Of a stretch of DNA of 64,000 nucleotides, positions 26,101-40,215 are shown piece after piece. The notes under the pieces are model-generated. The model was not told where the DNA came from. It searched no databases and saw only the letters and a list, made by a program, of their open reading frames with translations. Each line of letters starts with the position of its first letter. The stretch's first letter is position 1. The DNA is from Eledone cirrhosa (Eukaryota): contig OZ024740.1 in assembly GCA_964016885.1 (NCBI GenBank), forward strand, positions 142,600,001 through 142,664,000, in the 5' to 3' direction. The position numbers were made by a program, and so were the translations under genes.

Positions 26101-27100
26101 ATGCATAATAGAGATGATTTAAATCAGTAATGTTTAGTTTGTTTGTGATGATAATGTTTTTGAGAATTATGTTAGTCTTGTGTATTATCTTTTGGTTCTG
26201 TTTGGAGTTCTGGATCTTAGGGAGGGTGTCTCGTTGCCCCATGTCAGATTCTTTCATTTTCATCCATTCGATCATAATTTCATTCTTCAAGTTGGCAAGT
26301 TCATTCTCATTCATTTCTTTATCATTTACGATCTCATTATTTTCATTTGGAGTTTCATCCTGAGCATGCACTCCCTCCACTTTTTCGATCCTTTCTTTAA
26401 TTTGTTCTGTTGCCAGTGATTCCGCCCCAACCCTGGGATTCGAAGTGTTACAGTTTACCTCGTTTTCACTGACACATGTTTCATTTTCCCTTCGCTGACT
26501 TTGTGCTAATAGCTTGATCTGATCAATTTCTATATCAGTTAGTAACTTTTTTCTTACAATATTTCTTCGTATATTGGCTAGTTTGTTACTGTCAATATAG
26601 CCTCTGTTTTCAGGATGTTTCTTTTTCCAGTTGATATATGTCTGTTCTGTATTCGATGTATTTGATGGGTAGTACATGGCAGTGTAGAAAGCCTCAAGGA
26701 CTTCTTTATTATCTTCCCTTGACCATTTTTCTCTCTTTTTCTTTGGATTTCTTGGTGGTGAGCATGGAGGGCCAACAGTAGGAGTATTCCGGTTATGGGA
26801 GGTCTCCAGCTCCGAAGTGATGGGAAGGTTTGAACCATTAGCTGATTTTTCGACCCCAGTCTGGTTCCTCTCTGAGGGATGCAGCCCTTTTTTACCCGGG
26901 TGACGGCCGATCCGGTATGAGGTTTTATCATTAGACATTTACTTTATTTTGTCGCGTTTTATCCTTATCCGCCAAGGGGTAATCATTTCGTGTTACCACT
27001 TCTAGAACGAGTGTCAACCAAGACTAGAGGGGTCGTTCTCCCCTAGAGACACGGCTATTCCCCGCCGGCCGCCATCCTGGTATTTCTTGGTCACGGGGTT
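23141..27100 (-). mobile_element. Near full-length Dong/R4-clade LINE (single ORF: RT, CCHC, restriction-like endonuclease) with three lesions
   Basis: ORF 26938 to 23286 with WIDYKKAFDS, GIFQGDSLSP, YMDDLK, CRVC..ETIDHIISMC, RHD, NRPDI. One frameshift in a T-run near 25435 and TGA stops at 23640 and 23364. The 3' end lies in (TAA)n. Confidence 0.93.
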
Positions 27101-27599
27101 TTCTTTTTGTTGTTTTTTTTAAGTTGTTATTATCATGAGTGGTTCCTTAATGTGAGCATTGCGTGGCTTAAGAATGAAATTATTAATAATTGTCTCCACT
27201 CCAGGCACAAGGCCAGCAATCACCCAGTGCATTACAATAATATAATATACTTTTTGTTGTAGTTGGCTGTTATTGTTGTTGGCTATGTCGGTGGTGGTGC
27301 CGGGGCTTTTTATATTGTTGGTGAGGAAGGGGTGAGCCAGCAGTCCCATAGTTGTTGATGTTGACGTTTGGCCGGCGGCCAGGTCACTAAGTCAATCTAT
27401 TTATATCTTTTGCTAGCCTCTCCCTTGTCTAGTGATACCGCCACCTTCCCCTTTCTCTCTCAAGTTAACAGGGGAATAGTGGTGGTAGCATTGAAGGAGT
27501 GGTGGCGGCGACGATGGGATAGTGGTAGCAATGATGGATGGGGTGGGTGGTAGTATCTATGAGTTTGTGTTCGTATGTTTAATATATATTTTTATTATA

Positions 27600-30500
27600 T
27601 TTTGTGTTGAGTCTCAGTCATTGATTTTAGTTAACTGGAAAGTTTGTTGAAATGAATATCAAGCCACTACCTGCAGCCTCAGATATTCAGGACGTATCAG
27701 AGGGTTCTTGCTGTTCCCAGCAAGCATGCCTTTTGAAGCGTTCCAAAAAGCGGGGCGGGGCCAATTTTCTTTAACCATCGCTGGAAACTTTTTGAGATAG
27801 TACCTAGTGCGCCTATGACAATCGGGACCACTTTGACTTCATGGCAGTTCCAAATCCTTTTTACCTCCCACTTTAAGTCCTGGTATCGGTTAATTTTCTC
27901 CCTCTCCTTCTCTTGCACTCTCGTGTCGAATGGGCAGGCTACATCTACTATCAGGCACGATCTTTTTTTCCTTGTCCACAACCACCAGGTCAGGTCTATT
28001 GTGTTCCAGTTTCTTGTCCGTCTGTATCCTAAAATCCCACAGCACCTTCACCTGATCGTTTTCTATCACCGACTCTGGCTTATGCTCATACCACTTCTCA
28101 GAATGTGGTAAATTGTTTACTTTGCATAGGTGCCAGTGGATCACCCTGCCTATCACATCATGTCTCCAGCCTTTATAGTGAGGTGCTAGGTGTTTACACT
28201 CGGGTACAATGTGAGCCACAGTCTCCTCTCTCTCTCTCCACAGATCCTGCACAGTGGGCTAGCCTCCTCCTTGTAAATATGGTGTTTCAACCACTTTGTT
28301 TTGAGGGCCTGCTCTTGCGCAGCCATTAGCATTCCTTCTGTAGCCTTTTTAAGGTCTCCTCTTTTCAACCAGTTCCATGTCTGTGGATCTCTGAATTCAG
28401 TTTTCTCAAAGAAGGTACTATGAAGGTATTTTTCATGAAGGCTGCTCTTTCTCCTTGTTGTTATTTCCTCCTTGGACATCCCCTGGTCTATTGTCCTCTC
28501 CTTCAATACAATTCTGAGCATTGGCTCCCTACTATCAGTCACGTATTTGTGTAGGTTGTTTCTCCATCTGAACACAGTCCTCTATGCTGATAAGACCTCT
28601 TCCACTTCAGATCTCCTTAAGTAGAGTCTATCGACATCACTCCTTTTGTGGAACATGTTGTAGATAGTCAATAGCTTACTAGTATTCCTATCCATTTCTT
28701 TTTGTTCAGCAACATTCCATCTCAGAATTCCCGCACTGTACCTAATAATAGACACAGCTCGGAATTTACTGCACTTATGGCATTTCTGCTGTTCAGATGT
28801 GACTTTAATATGCTCCTTACTCTCCGAATGTATTCAGATCTTATCAATTCCTTCATTTTTTTGTTCTTGATGTCATCAGCCTCCAGAACACCCAAATACT
28901 TGTATCCTTTTTCAGTGTCAATTTCCTTTATCATCTCACCTGTTGGTACCTGGATTCCGTTGCTTCTGCTCAATTTACCCCTCTTCATCACAAGGACTCC
29001 ACACTTACTAATACCAAATTGCATACATATATCATTGCTGAAAATACGGACAGTGTCAACAAGCACACCCAACTCCTTCTCACTCTTCCCAAAGAGCTTA
29101 AGATTGTCCATGAAGAGGAGGTGATTGATGGTAAGCTCTCCCTTTCCCAACTTGTATCCTGCTCTCACTTTTCACACTATAATGGTCAGGGGCATCAGGG
29201 CAAGGACAAACAACAGAGGAGACAGACTATCTCCCTGGAAGATACCTCTCTTGATCTTCACGCCTCCCAAAGATTCTCCAGCTGATGTTAACTCTGTTTT
29301 CCAGGACTTCATACTTTTGCCCAACAACTGTCTGATGTTATCTGCCACCTTGAAGATCTCTAGGCTTTTGGTGATCCAAGAATGAGGCACCATGTCAAAT
29401 GCCTTTTTGTAGTCTATCCATCCCATGGCAAGACCAGTGTGTCTCCTCTTGCAATTCCTCATTACCATCTTATCAATAAGTAACTGGTCCTTTGTACCAC
29501 GGGACTTCTTTCGGCATCCTTTCTGTTCGTCCGGTAACAAGTTGTTTGTGTGGAGGTGATGGTAGATTTCCTCAGACATAATGCTTGTCAACAGTTTCCA
29601 CATTACGGACAGACATGTGATAGGTCTATAGTTGGTAACATCATTACCCTTGATTCGGTCTTTCATTACCAGAACTGTGGTACCTTTTGTCAACCACTCT
29701 GGTACCTCACCTGACATCAAGCAGTCATTGAACATCGTTGTCAGTTTCGGGTGGAGGGATGTTATATTTTTAATCCAATACCCCTGCACACCATCTGGGC
29801 CTGGTGATTTCCAGTTGGTTAGTTTTTTGGCCTGCCCCTTAAGAGTTTCAACTGTGATACTCAAATCAGTTTGTTGGTGTGCCTGTTCACTAATCTCCTT
29901 TTGTACTGTCTCAATCCACACTGCCTGATCATTATGTTTAACATCCTGCTCCCATATTCCTCTCCAGAATGTCTTAGTTTGTTCCGCCTCAGGGATCAAG
30001 TCGTTGCCTCTTTCTTTCCCTTCAAGCTGTCCAAACAACATCTTCTGGTTGTTGTCAAACATGCGGTTCTGTCTATACTGACTGACTCTGCTCTCATATC
30101 GCCTAATTTTTGCACTCTTTGCTACAATGCGTTGCTTCAGTTCCTCTATGATAATATTTAGCCTTTTCCTCCTAGTTTTGTACTTTATTTCCAGTCTAAT
30201 TTTAGTGTCTATGTTTTTTAGTGTCCCATTCAGTAGGGACTCAAGCTTTCCAATGTCATTTCTCATTTCCCTGATTTGACCATTCAGTCGTTTCTTCCAC
30301 CAAGGTTCTGATCTTTCTTGTTTGTTGTTTCCTTGCGCTTTTATGCCAAGTAATTTCCTTACCTCATTCGCTGTTGCTTTGAGGATATTATTGCACTGGT
30401 GAAGGCTCCTCGTCTCAAGGTATGGGATGACTTTGTTTACCTTAGCTGTTGTTTCTTTTAACTTTTTCCTGTCTACAAATCTTAGGTTCATAGGTTTCCC

Positions 30501-31103
30501 ACTATCATTGTTCAATTCATCTACCACTAAGTTTAGGATATCAACCAAATCTTGTCCTAGCCCGTCAGCATTCATCTACTCAATGGCCATATCTTTGTTC
30601 CAGGTATTATTTATTTCAACATTCAGATCATTGTCTGCTTCGGATGGTTCCTCCGTTCTCTCAACCTCTTCACCTTCATTTCCCACTGGCTCGTTTGCTT
30701 GGCATACTCCACTCTCCATTTCCAACCTAATCTCTCTGCTCAGTTCCTCCAGTTCCAGCTCGCTTATCCACCCATTAGTTCTTATTACCCAAGCTTGCCC
30801 GGCCAATTTTTGTTCATCTAATTTAAATAGACCAATCTCGTTCCAGATGTTATGCATCCGTTTCCTATAGCCTTTGTCCTTGGGGTTACCCTTCAGGTAA
30901 CATTGCATAACAGTTCTATTCAATTCTTTCATCCAGTTGGTTCTGGTCCCTTTCCTTCTTCTTCTTCCTCCGACACCAGCAGCATTTGGTTGACAGCCAG
31001 GTCCCTGCTGCTGAGCAAGGGAGCACCTGCTGGGTGAGAGTCTGTCACATGACATTCCAGTCTCCACTTCACCGTTATTCGAACTGTTTAGGTTCGACAT
31101 TTA
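27600..31103 (-). mobile_element. Second Dong/R4-clade LINE (distinct family), more decayed
   Basis: ORF pieces 30576-31100, 29172-30575, 28722-29168, 28186-28575, 27697-28252 with WIDYKKAFD, GIFQGDSLSP, CRIC, RHD, NRPDL, KYQDL-like motifs. The 5' end abuts (TAA)n. Confidence 0.92.

Positions 31104-31168
<65 letters not shown>
31104..31168. repeat. (TAT)n microsatellite
   Basis: Directly visible. Confidence 0.97.
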
Positions 31169-31172
<4 letters not shown>

Positions 31173-31175
31173 GAG

Positions 31176-31362
31176 GGCGGTGGATTGGTAGTACCAGTAG
31201 AGGGTCTGACGTCATGCTTTGCAGCAGAGAGTTATGGCCCTTTGTGGTCTGAGTTCAAATCCCACCGAGGTTAACTTTGCCTTTTGTCCTTACGGGGTCG
31301 ATAAAATAAAGTACCAATAATACACTAGGATAATTGCTGGCCAAAAGTAGAAACAATTATTA
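31176..31362 (+). mobile_element. tRNA-derived SINE
   Basis: Family consensus with B box gagttcaaatcc. Confidence 0.85.
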
Positions 31363-33729
31363 TTATATATGATTGTTAATTTCTTTTGTTATATTGCAAA
31401 TGATTAGTAATCTATATCAGCAATTTATTGATATGATTTAAAATTTCAATCAAGTGTATGCATTGTTAAGTTTATGACCAATACACTGTATAAAGTGTGT
31501 AAATTTTTTTGTTTCCCCTCCATTGCTAATGACCCTTAGAAATCATGCATGTCACACAATCATAGTTCCTCAAACAATCTAGTTGTTTAAATTAAATAAC
31601 ACAGGTGCAGGTATGGTTAATGAATTCGCTTTGTAATCACAGGGTTCTGGGTTCAGTAGAGACAATATATGGTAGAAAAGACTCTTTAGTCTTGTTGAAC
31701 ACATGACATGACAACCTTTTTACTGCTGAGGCCATGATAAAGTGTACCCAGTACACTTTCTAAAGTGGTTGGTGGTAGAAAAGGCATCCAGCTACAGAAA
31801 ATATGCCAAAATTGGAACGTTTGAACATTATGTGGTCTCTGACCTGTCTAGGAAGGCAGTAACTCCAAATAAGAACTGATTCAGATCATGATGATCTTAT
31901 CTAACCTATGCCAGCATAGAAACCAGACATGAAATGATGGTGAGAAGGAAGAAAGTATACAGAAATATTTCTAACTTTATGTACCAAAATAACTCATTTC
32001 TCTTCTATAACCAACAACTCAACTTTACAAAGTTTCTGTATATCATAATAAGAACTGAAAAGTAATCAAAAAGTATTCTTGCTATTTATATAAATACAAA
32101 ACCAAACAAGGAAGAAAAACAAAACAAATTAAACTCTACAATATTTCAAAGACCTAATATCATGTAATGATTAATAACATAACTAACCAATAGTGTAATA
32201 TGGAGAAAATTCATTTCACAGACACATCAACTTGGGATTCAGTACAGCTTGTGCAATATTATTACTATGTATTCAGTTGATGTTGCTAGTATACATCAAT
32301 TATTTGATGCATTATTTTAAAGAATAAAGACACAGCCTGACAGCCAGTGTTCGATAACTGAATGCATTGCCGAAGCCATTGTTTAGCAACCAGTGATGCA
32401 GAATGTTCTAAACTACCAACATCTCGTTAGACAAGTCATTATAGAAATTCTTCCAAACAGATGTTCTCATTGCAGATCTCTAGATCAATGTATGAAGTTG
32501 AAATGCTGGACTTGTTGCATATAAAAAGAAATAGATAATAAATAATTGATGTACATTTTGTGTATATAATGCAGAGCCAATTTATTCAACTATTCTGCAA
32601 ACTGTAACAGGTGTAATAGTAGAAAAACTAGGACATATGATATTTTTCTTGGATGGGAGGTGGTTGTGGTGATATATTCTTTTATTCTTTTACTAATTTC
32701 AGTCATTAGACTGTTGCTATACTGGGTTATTGCATTCAAGGGATTTAGTCAATTATATTGACCTTATTTTTCAAATCTGGTACTTATTTTATCAATCTCT
32801 ATTTGTTAAACCATTAAGTTAGAGGAAGCAGACATGGACAAATACACTCACACACACACATGTATATAATGGACAGTTTGTCTACCAAATTTCACTCACA
32901 AGGCATTGATCGATATGAGGCAATAGTAGTAAGCACTTGCCCAAGACGCCGCGGTGGGACTGAACCCCAAACCACATAGCTGTGAAGTGAACTCCTTCAA
33001 TACTCAGCTATGCCTTTGCCTATATAGATTTTATTTTAATGTTTTTATATTGGTTTTATCCATCCAGATATGATTACCATACACTAAATGATAACTTTCC
33101 AGCAAGCTGAACTTGTAATCTGATTTCAATGTACCTTAACTCAAAAGATGGGTGATTATGCCAGGCCACCCAAATAAGTGTTACAGGACATTGTATTACC
33201 CATTTTGATATGGATTTGATGATTTGTATTTGAATATTTCTACATGCAGTGAATTTTCAGTCAATAAAGTGTAGAACAAAATAGTTTGTTTCAGCTCTCT
33301 GAGTTCAAATCTCACTAAGGCCAACTCTGCCATTCATCCTTTCTGGCTTGATGAAATAAAGTACCATTTCTGGGTGGTAGATTGGCAAAATTATTAGTGT
33401 ATCAGACAAAATACCTTGTGATATTTTTTCTGGATCTTTGCCTTCTGAGTTCAAATCTTGCTGTGACCTACCTGGATGATAAACTTAATTTGTTGCCATG
33501 TTTAACACCACCATCTGTCCCTTGGATGCCTTCAGCAGAATCCAGTCTGTTGCAAATGTTCAGACCAGGACCCTGCTTTAAGGATACCTTCAACTTTTCC
33601 TCCCACCAATCACAAAGGCCCTAAAAATAGTCATGTCACTGCCTTTTTTTCCTAGACTAAACAATGAAAAAATATGTGTTACAGAGAAATTCCATCTTTA
33701 AAGCTCAATGAGTTTGTTAATGTTGCTCT

Positions 33730-33805
33730 TTTATCAACTTTTATCAACTTTATCAACTTTTATCAACTTTTATCAACTTTATCAACTTTTATCAACTTTT
33801 ATCAA
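33730..33805. repeat. 9-10 bp minisatellite (TTTTATCAAC)n
   Basis: About 8 tandem units visible. Confidence 0.9.
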
Positions 33806-34157
33806 TAACTAATTTCCAAATGTTTATGAGTAACCCAAATATGATGTATACCACCTGAGCCCATACTCTACATTACACCATGCAATTACTAATTATTTGG
33901 GCTGCAGTATGACTATCAGTTTGTCAGTTAAGACTACATCCATTTTTGTCTGTTCAGTCTGAATAGAAATAAAAGCTCAATTGATAGCTAAAGTGGAGAT
34001 AAGCATGGTATAGGCAATTAGTAATTCATTCTCTTGATTCTTTGAAATTCACTTAACCCTTTTCATAGCAACTCAGCCAAAACTGGATCTGATTCTATGA
34101 AGCAAAACCATTTAAAGAGTTCCTTTATAAAGTTACGTTAGAAGATTTTAATTTAAA

Positions 34158-35233
34158 CTAGACTACCCGTGACCCATTGGGTCTCCAATAGTTCAAGGAA
34201 CCCATGCTTCGATTTACGTGAAACTTGTTTTATTCCATTTGTATTCACATTTCAATGGTACCTTACTTTCAAAGTATTTCCCCATTATGCGCCGGTTTGG
34301 CTATATATAAAGGTACCCCCAAAAAATGCGTATCTCGGTGTAAAGAAAAGTAAAATATAAATACTTACTGTACGAACAACTTGTATTTTCGAAATCACAT
34401 TCACTTAAAAATATTTCTAAATAATTAAAATATTCTGTTTAACAAAAACAAAAATATAAACATTTACTGTAAAAACAACTCATATTTTTCAGTCATATTC
34501 ACTTAAAAATGTGTTTTTTAATAATTAAAATATCGTCTGTTTAAAGAAAGCTGAAATATAGATACTTAAAGTACAAACAACTTGTATTTTTGAAATCATA
34601 TTCACTGAGAAATCACTGAAAAAAAATTTGTTAATGTGTTTTTTAAATCCTATTCACTTTAAAATATTTTTTGAATAATGAAAATATTGTCTATGTCCAA
34701 TTTATGCCAAACTTGTTTTATTCTATTTGTATTCCCATTTCAGGGTTATGTTACTTTCGGAGTATTTTCATATTATACCCTGTTTTGGCTCTTTATGAAT
34801 GTTTGCAGGGTTATGTTACTTTCAGAGTATTTTTCTATTATGCACCATTTTGGCTATTTATGAAGGAACCCAGAAAACCCCATATCTTGGGAACCCGTGC
34901 TCCGATTTACACAAAACTTGTTTTATTCCATTTGTATTCCCATTTCAGGGCCAACTTCCTTCAAAATATTTTCCCATTATGCACCCTTTTGGCTGTGGAT
35001 TGGCAGTATTGGTAGAGGGTCAGACGCTATGCTTTGACGCATTGAGTTACGGCCCTTGCCATTCTGATTTCAAATCCCGCCGAGGTTAACTTTGCCTTTC
35101 ATCCTTACGGGGTCGATAAAATAAAGTACCAGTAATATACTGGGTAATTGCTGGCCTTGTGCCAAAAGTAGAAATAATTACATTACAGAGAAACAAACAA
35201 GCAAGCAATCACAGAGTTTTAGTAGTATATAGA
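34158..35233 (-). mobile_element. Non-autonomous Helitron with internal repeats and a nested SINE
   Basis: Minus strand begins A|TCTATATACTACTAAAAC and ends gacccaatgggtc (hairpin) acgggtagtCTAG|T. Internal roughly 120-bp repeats at 34340-34670. SINE at 34992-35178. Confidence 0.75.
34992..35178 (+). mobile_element. tRNA-derived SINE nested in the Helitron
   Basis: Family consensus. Confidence 0.85.
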
Positions 35234-36734
35234 TAAGAACTATATTTTAAGTTATTATCTTAGGAATGAAAGAACTAATAACTTTTAGTAAAACCTTCAA
35301 AATTCTTCGGGGTTAAGGTGAATCTGTATTTGATGTTATAGTTATTTTGGTGTGTATTTGGATTTATGTTTGTCTGGATTTGGGTATAAATATATATTTA
35401 TGATTTTTAATTAGCATTGTAGTATCATTCGGGAGTGCTGCTGATGTATTTCAGTTATGTCAACAGTTGAGCATGTAGTTGCAGAGATCTGAGGCTTACA
35501 AACTAAAGCCTTGCACTGCGATTTTTACATATCTAAAAGGCTTTTCAGATGTTTTCGAGTATTTATGAATAACTATTTAAGTATTCCATGTTGAGAGTAT
35601 ATGTGCTGATTATAATGGCTTACTAAAGAGAGTATGAGTGGTACTTGTTTACAGTGAAAATTAAATTACTGAAACAACTTTCTCTCTACTAATCTAAGCA
35701 GTTCTCACCTTAGAAATAATCAAGGCATAAAGATATTGAAATCTTGTCTCAAATAAACAATATTTAAATCCTATGACTTCTGAATCCTTAAATATGATGC
35801 TAAATTCAAGATAACCAAACAGAGATGGATAAACTCATCATCTTAAAAAACTCAAAGAAAATCAACCTAAAGATTGACAGAAAATAGTTAAGGACATGTT
35901 TAATAGACATAGATTTCACAAACCAACAAATTTAAAAAAAAAAGTGTTTTGAACTTTGTAAAGCAAATAGCTACAATTTAACAGGGGCACTCTAGCACTG
36001 CAGTACTTTAAATCCTATAATAATAGATACACTATTAAAATGTCTTGGAATTTCTTTCTTCTAATGGCTTATTTTATCATGGTAAATCCTCATTAGAATT
36101 AATCTCATCCCCAGTTTTAGTCATCACAACTATTTGACATACAGATAATAAATTCTAGCTCATTAATCACTTTATCAATGATATTTATACAAGAGGGAAC
36201 TCACAAACAGTAAATACTATAAATTATATAAATTAGATTTTCCTACATCCTAACTTGTTTATTCTCATTTATTTTCCTGCTGCCAGTTTAATTTTTTACG
36301 TGGAAGCTAAATTGATTTGTATGCATGTAATCACAGAGAGAGGATTTGTAATGAAAAGATGAATAAGGTGTCAGCCAACTTAGGATTCTTAACATTTTTA
36401 GCCCATTGCTGGCAATTTTAGTGACTTTGGGCAAACCACCAAATTCATGCTACTTCAATCATCAAAGCTGACTGGATTTTTGACAAACAGTTGGATAATC
36501 TATACTTACAAAATCAAACACTTGCCCAAAACTGTTTTGGGATGTTAATGGGATTGAGGAAAGAGATGGTGGTGTAACCAGGTCAGGTTAAATAAGTGCC
36601 CCAGCAATTAAAAAATATTTCTCCAGAACAGATCATAGAAAATAATATCTAAACTTTGATATGCAATTGATGTTTTAGTCATAAACTGCAAAAGTTCAAT
36701 GAATAACACAGCCAATATTTTTCCTCTGTTACAG

Positions 36735-36849
36735 AATATACCGGGTATTAGGGCCGTCAGCGGTGGTCTGCTCTATTGGCCTCCTTTTTGCTGCCTCTTT
36801 CTACTGCTACTGTTACTTGTCTGTCGATTCGAGGCTGAAAAAGAAGAAG
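36735..36849 (+). CDS. Probable host-gene internal exon encoding a transmembrane helix and basic stop-transfer segment
   Basis: Acceptor ttttcctctgttacag, donor aag|gtaagt. Open frame IYRVLGPSAVVCSIGLLFAASFYCYCYLSVDSRLKKKK; ends in phase 0. Confidence 0.65.
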
Positions 36850-37695
36850 GTAAGTATATTTTCTTTTTTCTAAGTACACACTGTAAACGTAGAAATGTAC
36901 ATAAGTGATATGCAACCCTCGGCCTAATTATGAAGATTGTGGCTTCAATTGAGTGCTGACTTGGTTTCTGATAATCTATTCAAACTATGCTAGCATGGAA
37001 AAGCAGGCACTAAATGATGATGGTAATGATGATGATCATGATCATGATAATGATGGTGTTCATGATACTTATGATTGATCAAATTTCTTTCCCATAGTCA
37101 CAACCACTACTTACTACTACCACAACTATTACTACATTGCTATTCTTATTGAAATTACTAATGGATTTTGCTATTAACACCAATTTTGATGCTTTACAAC
37201 TTTAGAGTTAGACTAGTTCTTCCAACAGCTGTTGACTTAAAAGAGTTAATAGATTGACAATACAGTTTAGTAGTGTATAATAGTCATTACTTAATGCTAC
37301 CAGCAGCTGTAGACATGAAAGAAATAATTTATTAATGACAGCAATGAAAGAATGTTATCATAGTTTCCAGTATAGTCACTCAGAAAAAAAGATAACTGAA
37401 TTTGATAGGTTAGGGCAAACTGTTCAAGTTCTGGTTTTGGGGTACTGTGTTTTATCCAATATCAATTATAAAAGACTAGTGAAAAGATGTTCTGTTGGAA
37501 TAATATATATATATATAACTGTTAAGAATTGTTTGGTAACTGTCAGGAAAGAACTACAGAAATGTTGTCCAGTTTTAAAGAAATCATATACATAAATAGG
37601 ATTTGAGGAACTGCTGTGCTCAACTCTCAGTAACAAACAGTTTCAGTTTATGCAGCAGCTATTAATAGAAGTATACATAAGTATTACAGACGCAG

Positions 37696-37727
<32 letters not shown>

Positions 37728-37798
37728 CATCGTCATCATCATCATCATCATTTTACGTCCGCTCTTCCCTGCTCGCAAGAGTATATATATATATATAC

Positions 37799-37834
<36 letters not shown>

Positions 37835-37892
37835 GTAGTCAACTTCAGTTTTACATCCATTTGTCCAGGCTCACATGGATTAGACAACACTA

Positions 37893-37930
<38 letters not shown>

Positions 37931-38129
37931 CATCATCATCGCCATTTAACATTTGCTTTTCCTACTACTTGGATGGGTCATTAATTAGTGCCAGTGATCT
38001 CTCAAATGGGCCAGAAGAAGGTGTTAAGGGGGGAAGGAGGTAGGTGGGGTTGGAGGTATTAAGGAATATACTGGTAGGTGTGGGCCATCCTACCTGTGCT
38101 CATTTCATATATATATATCATCAGCATCA

Positions 38130-40215
38130 CCATTTTACTACAACTTTTCCATGCTGTCATATGTTGGATGAGTTTTTTCTAGTACATCATTCCCCCATTT
38201 GTTGTGGTCCTTTGTCATCTCCTGGGTGAACTTCAGTGATTTTAGATCAGCTCTCACCACCTCCACCAAGGTCTTGCTTTGTCTTTCTATACTGCAGCTT
38301 CTTTCCAGTGGTATTTTTTAGCACTTCTTCACCCACCAACACCCTCCAGCGCAGTAATCTCTCTTGCACACAACACCTCATTCATTTTACACTCAATTTG
38401 TTTCTCTGTTCATACATGTTTCATCATTCACACACATTAACATTACACATCCATCAAAACATGCTCACTTCATTCCTCTCCAGCTTTTGCATAACCTCTG
38501 CATTCATTGCCCATGTCTTACTACCTTTTTTTGTCGACAGAGGTAGTAGCTCCTTGAACCTTTCCCATCCTGTTCTTATTCTAACTACTATGCACTTAGA
38601 GCATCCCCCCCCCCTCCACTGTTAATTAGATCACCTAAGTAACAGAAGCTATCGACCACTTCTACGGATTTTCCCTGGGATTGGAAGGAGTTTATTTCCC
38701 TGATACTCTTACTACTAAATGTTCCTGTTCATCTACTACAAATAAATTCTCTTGTTAGTCTGCCTGCTATCCCATTACACCCCTTGTGTACCCAAGATTT
38801 ACATTGTGTACATTCTATAGAGTTTCTGCCCCCTTTTTTTCTATATATTGAGCAATGCCACTTCCCTGATGAGTTAGGGTCCTGTCTTCTTTCCTACTTA
38901 TTATAGATCCAAGTCACCAGAAGATCCCATGGACAATCAGTCTTAAACTCTTCTGTTATAGCCTGTAAAGTGGAGTGAGGATTCAACCTTGATGAACACA
39001 CCATACTAACATCTCTATATGTGACTTGCACTGCTCCCACAAGTCACTACACCCAGTTTCCTTAAATATCACCAGATAACATATTGTGGCCTTCTCTAGA
39101 TTGCCAAAAGCTACATATAGAGGCTTACTTTTAGCTAGGAACTTCTCTTGTAGTTGTCTCACTAAGAAAAGGGCATCTGTAGTACTCCTCCCTGGCACAA
39201 AAACAGAATCCCATCTCATCTAATTTGACTCTTTCTTTAATTAACTGTATTAGAACTTTTTCTTTCACTTTCATAACTTAGTCTATTAGTTTTATGCCTT
39301 TGTAATTGCTCTTTCCAGAGAGTAATCTTTTCTCTTATAAATTAATGAGTATACTGCTGTGCCAGTCATTGGGTTTGGCACCATCCTCTATTGCCTGGTT
39401 GATTATGCAGGTTACTTGTTTGGATCATACTTGCCCAAATGTTTCTAGTATCTCAGTGACTATCTCTGATGGTCCAGTGGCTTTACCATTTTTCATCTCT
39501 ATAATTGCTTTTTTGACCCTATAACTGTCAATTTCCATAGGTGGTCCTTCTATTGGGGTAGCTGATGTTATCTCTCTCTTCTTCCCAATCATTCTCCACA
39601 TTCATCAGCCTCTTTTGTAGCATTTCTTCTTTCTGTAATAGGTTGTCACATAAGAACTTCTAATTGTCCTCAATATCAAATGTATTTGCTCTCTTTCATC
39701 ATATACATCGCAAAGCTTCCTTGAACCTATATTTAACAGAAAGGTTCCCTAAGCTTCCATAGTCTCCCCCTCCCAATTATCCTGCATTTCTTATTCTGTC
39801 TTGTGCTTATTCTCATGTCACTAATAACTGGTAGGGCAGTTCATTCTTCACCAGGAAAGAACTTAAGATTCATGACTATCTATCTATTTCGCTTTCTAAC
39901 AAGTCAATCTGGCTTGTGTGTTCACCTAATTGGTAAGTAACCAGGTGGCTGTCTGGTTTCCTGAAGTTAGTGTTGTAAATGATTAGTTCATTTACATCAC
40001 AGAATTCTAGGAGCCTTGCTCCCTCTTCATTTCTCGAGCCATAACCATATCCACTATGTACTCCATTGTAGCCATCCTGGTACTGCCCAACATGTCCATT
40101 GAAGTCACCAGCTAGGATGATAAGGTTTCTGTTATCTGTAACTGAAGTTGCCTGTAAGAGACTCTCATAGAAACAGTCCTTTTGTTCTTTACTTAATCCT
40201 ACTTGTGGGACAGAT
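38130..40215 (-). mobile_element. Decayed RTE LINE (APE and RT remnants)
   Basis: FVPGRSTTDALFLVRQLQEK, PHD remnant near 38740-38870, APE remnant (AGDFNGHVG, GYGYGSRNEEG) near 40020-40120. Confidence 0.85.

Noticed and set aside
33730-33805. CRISPR-like array
   Set aside because: Contiguous 9-10 bp units with no spacers, in a eukaryotic context.
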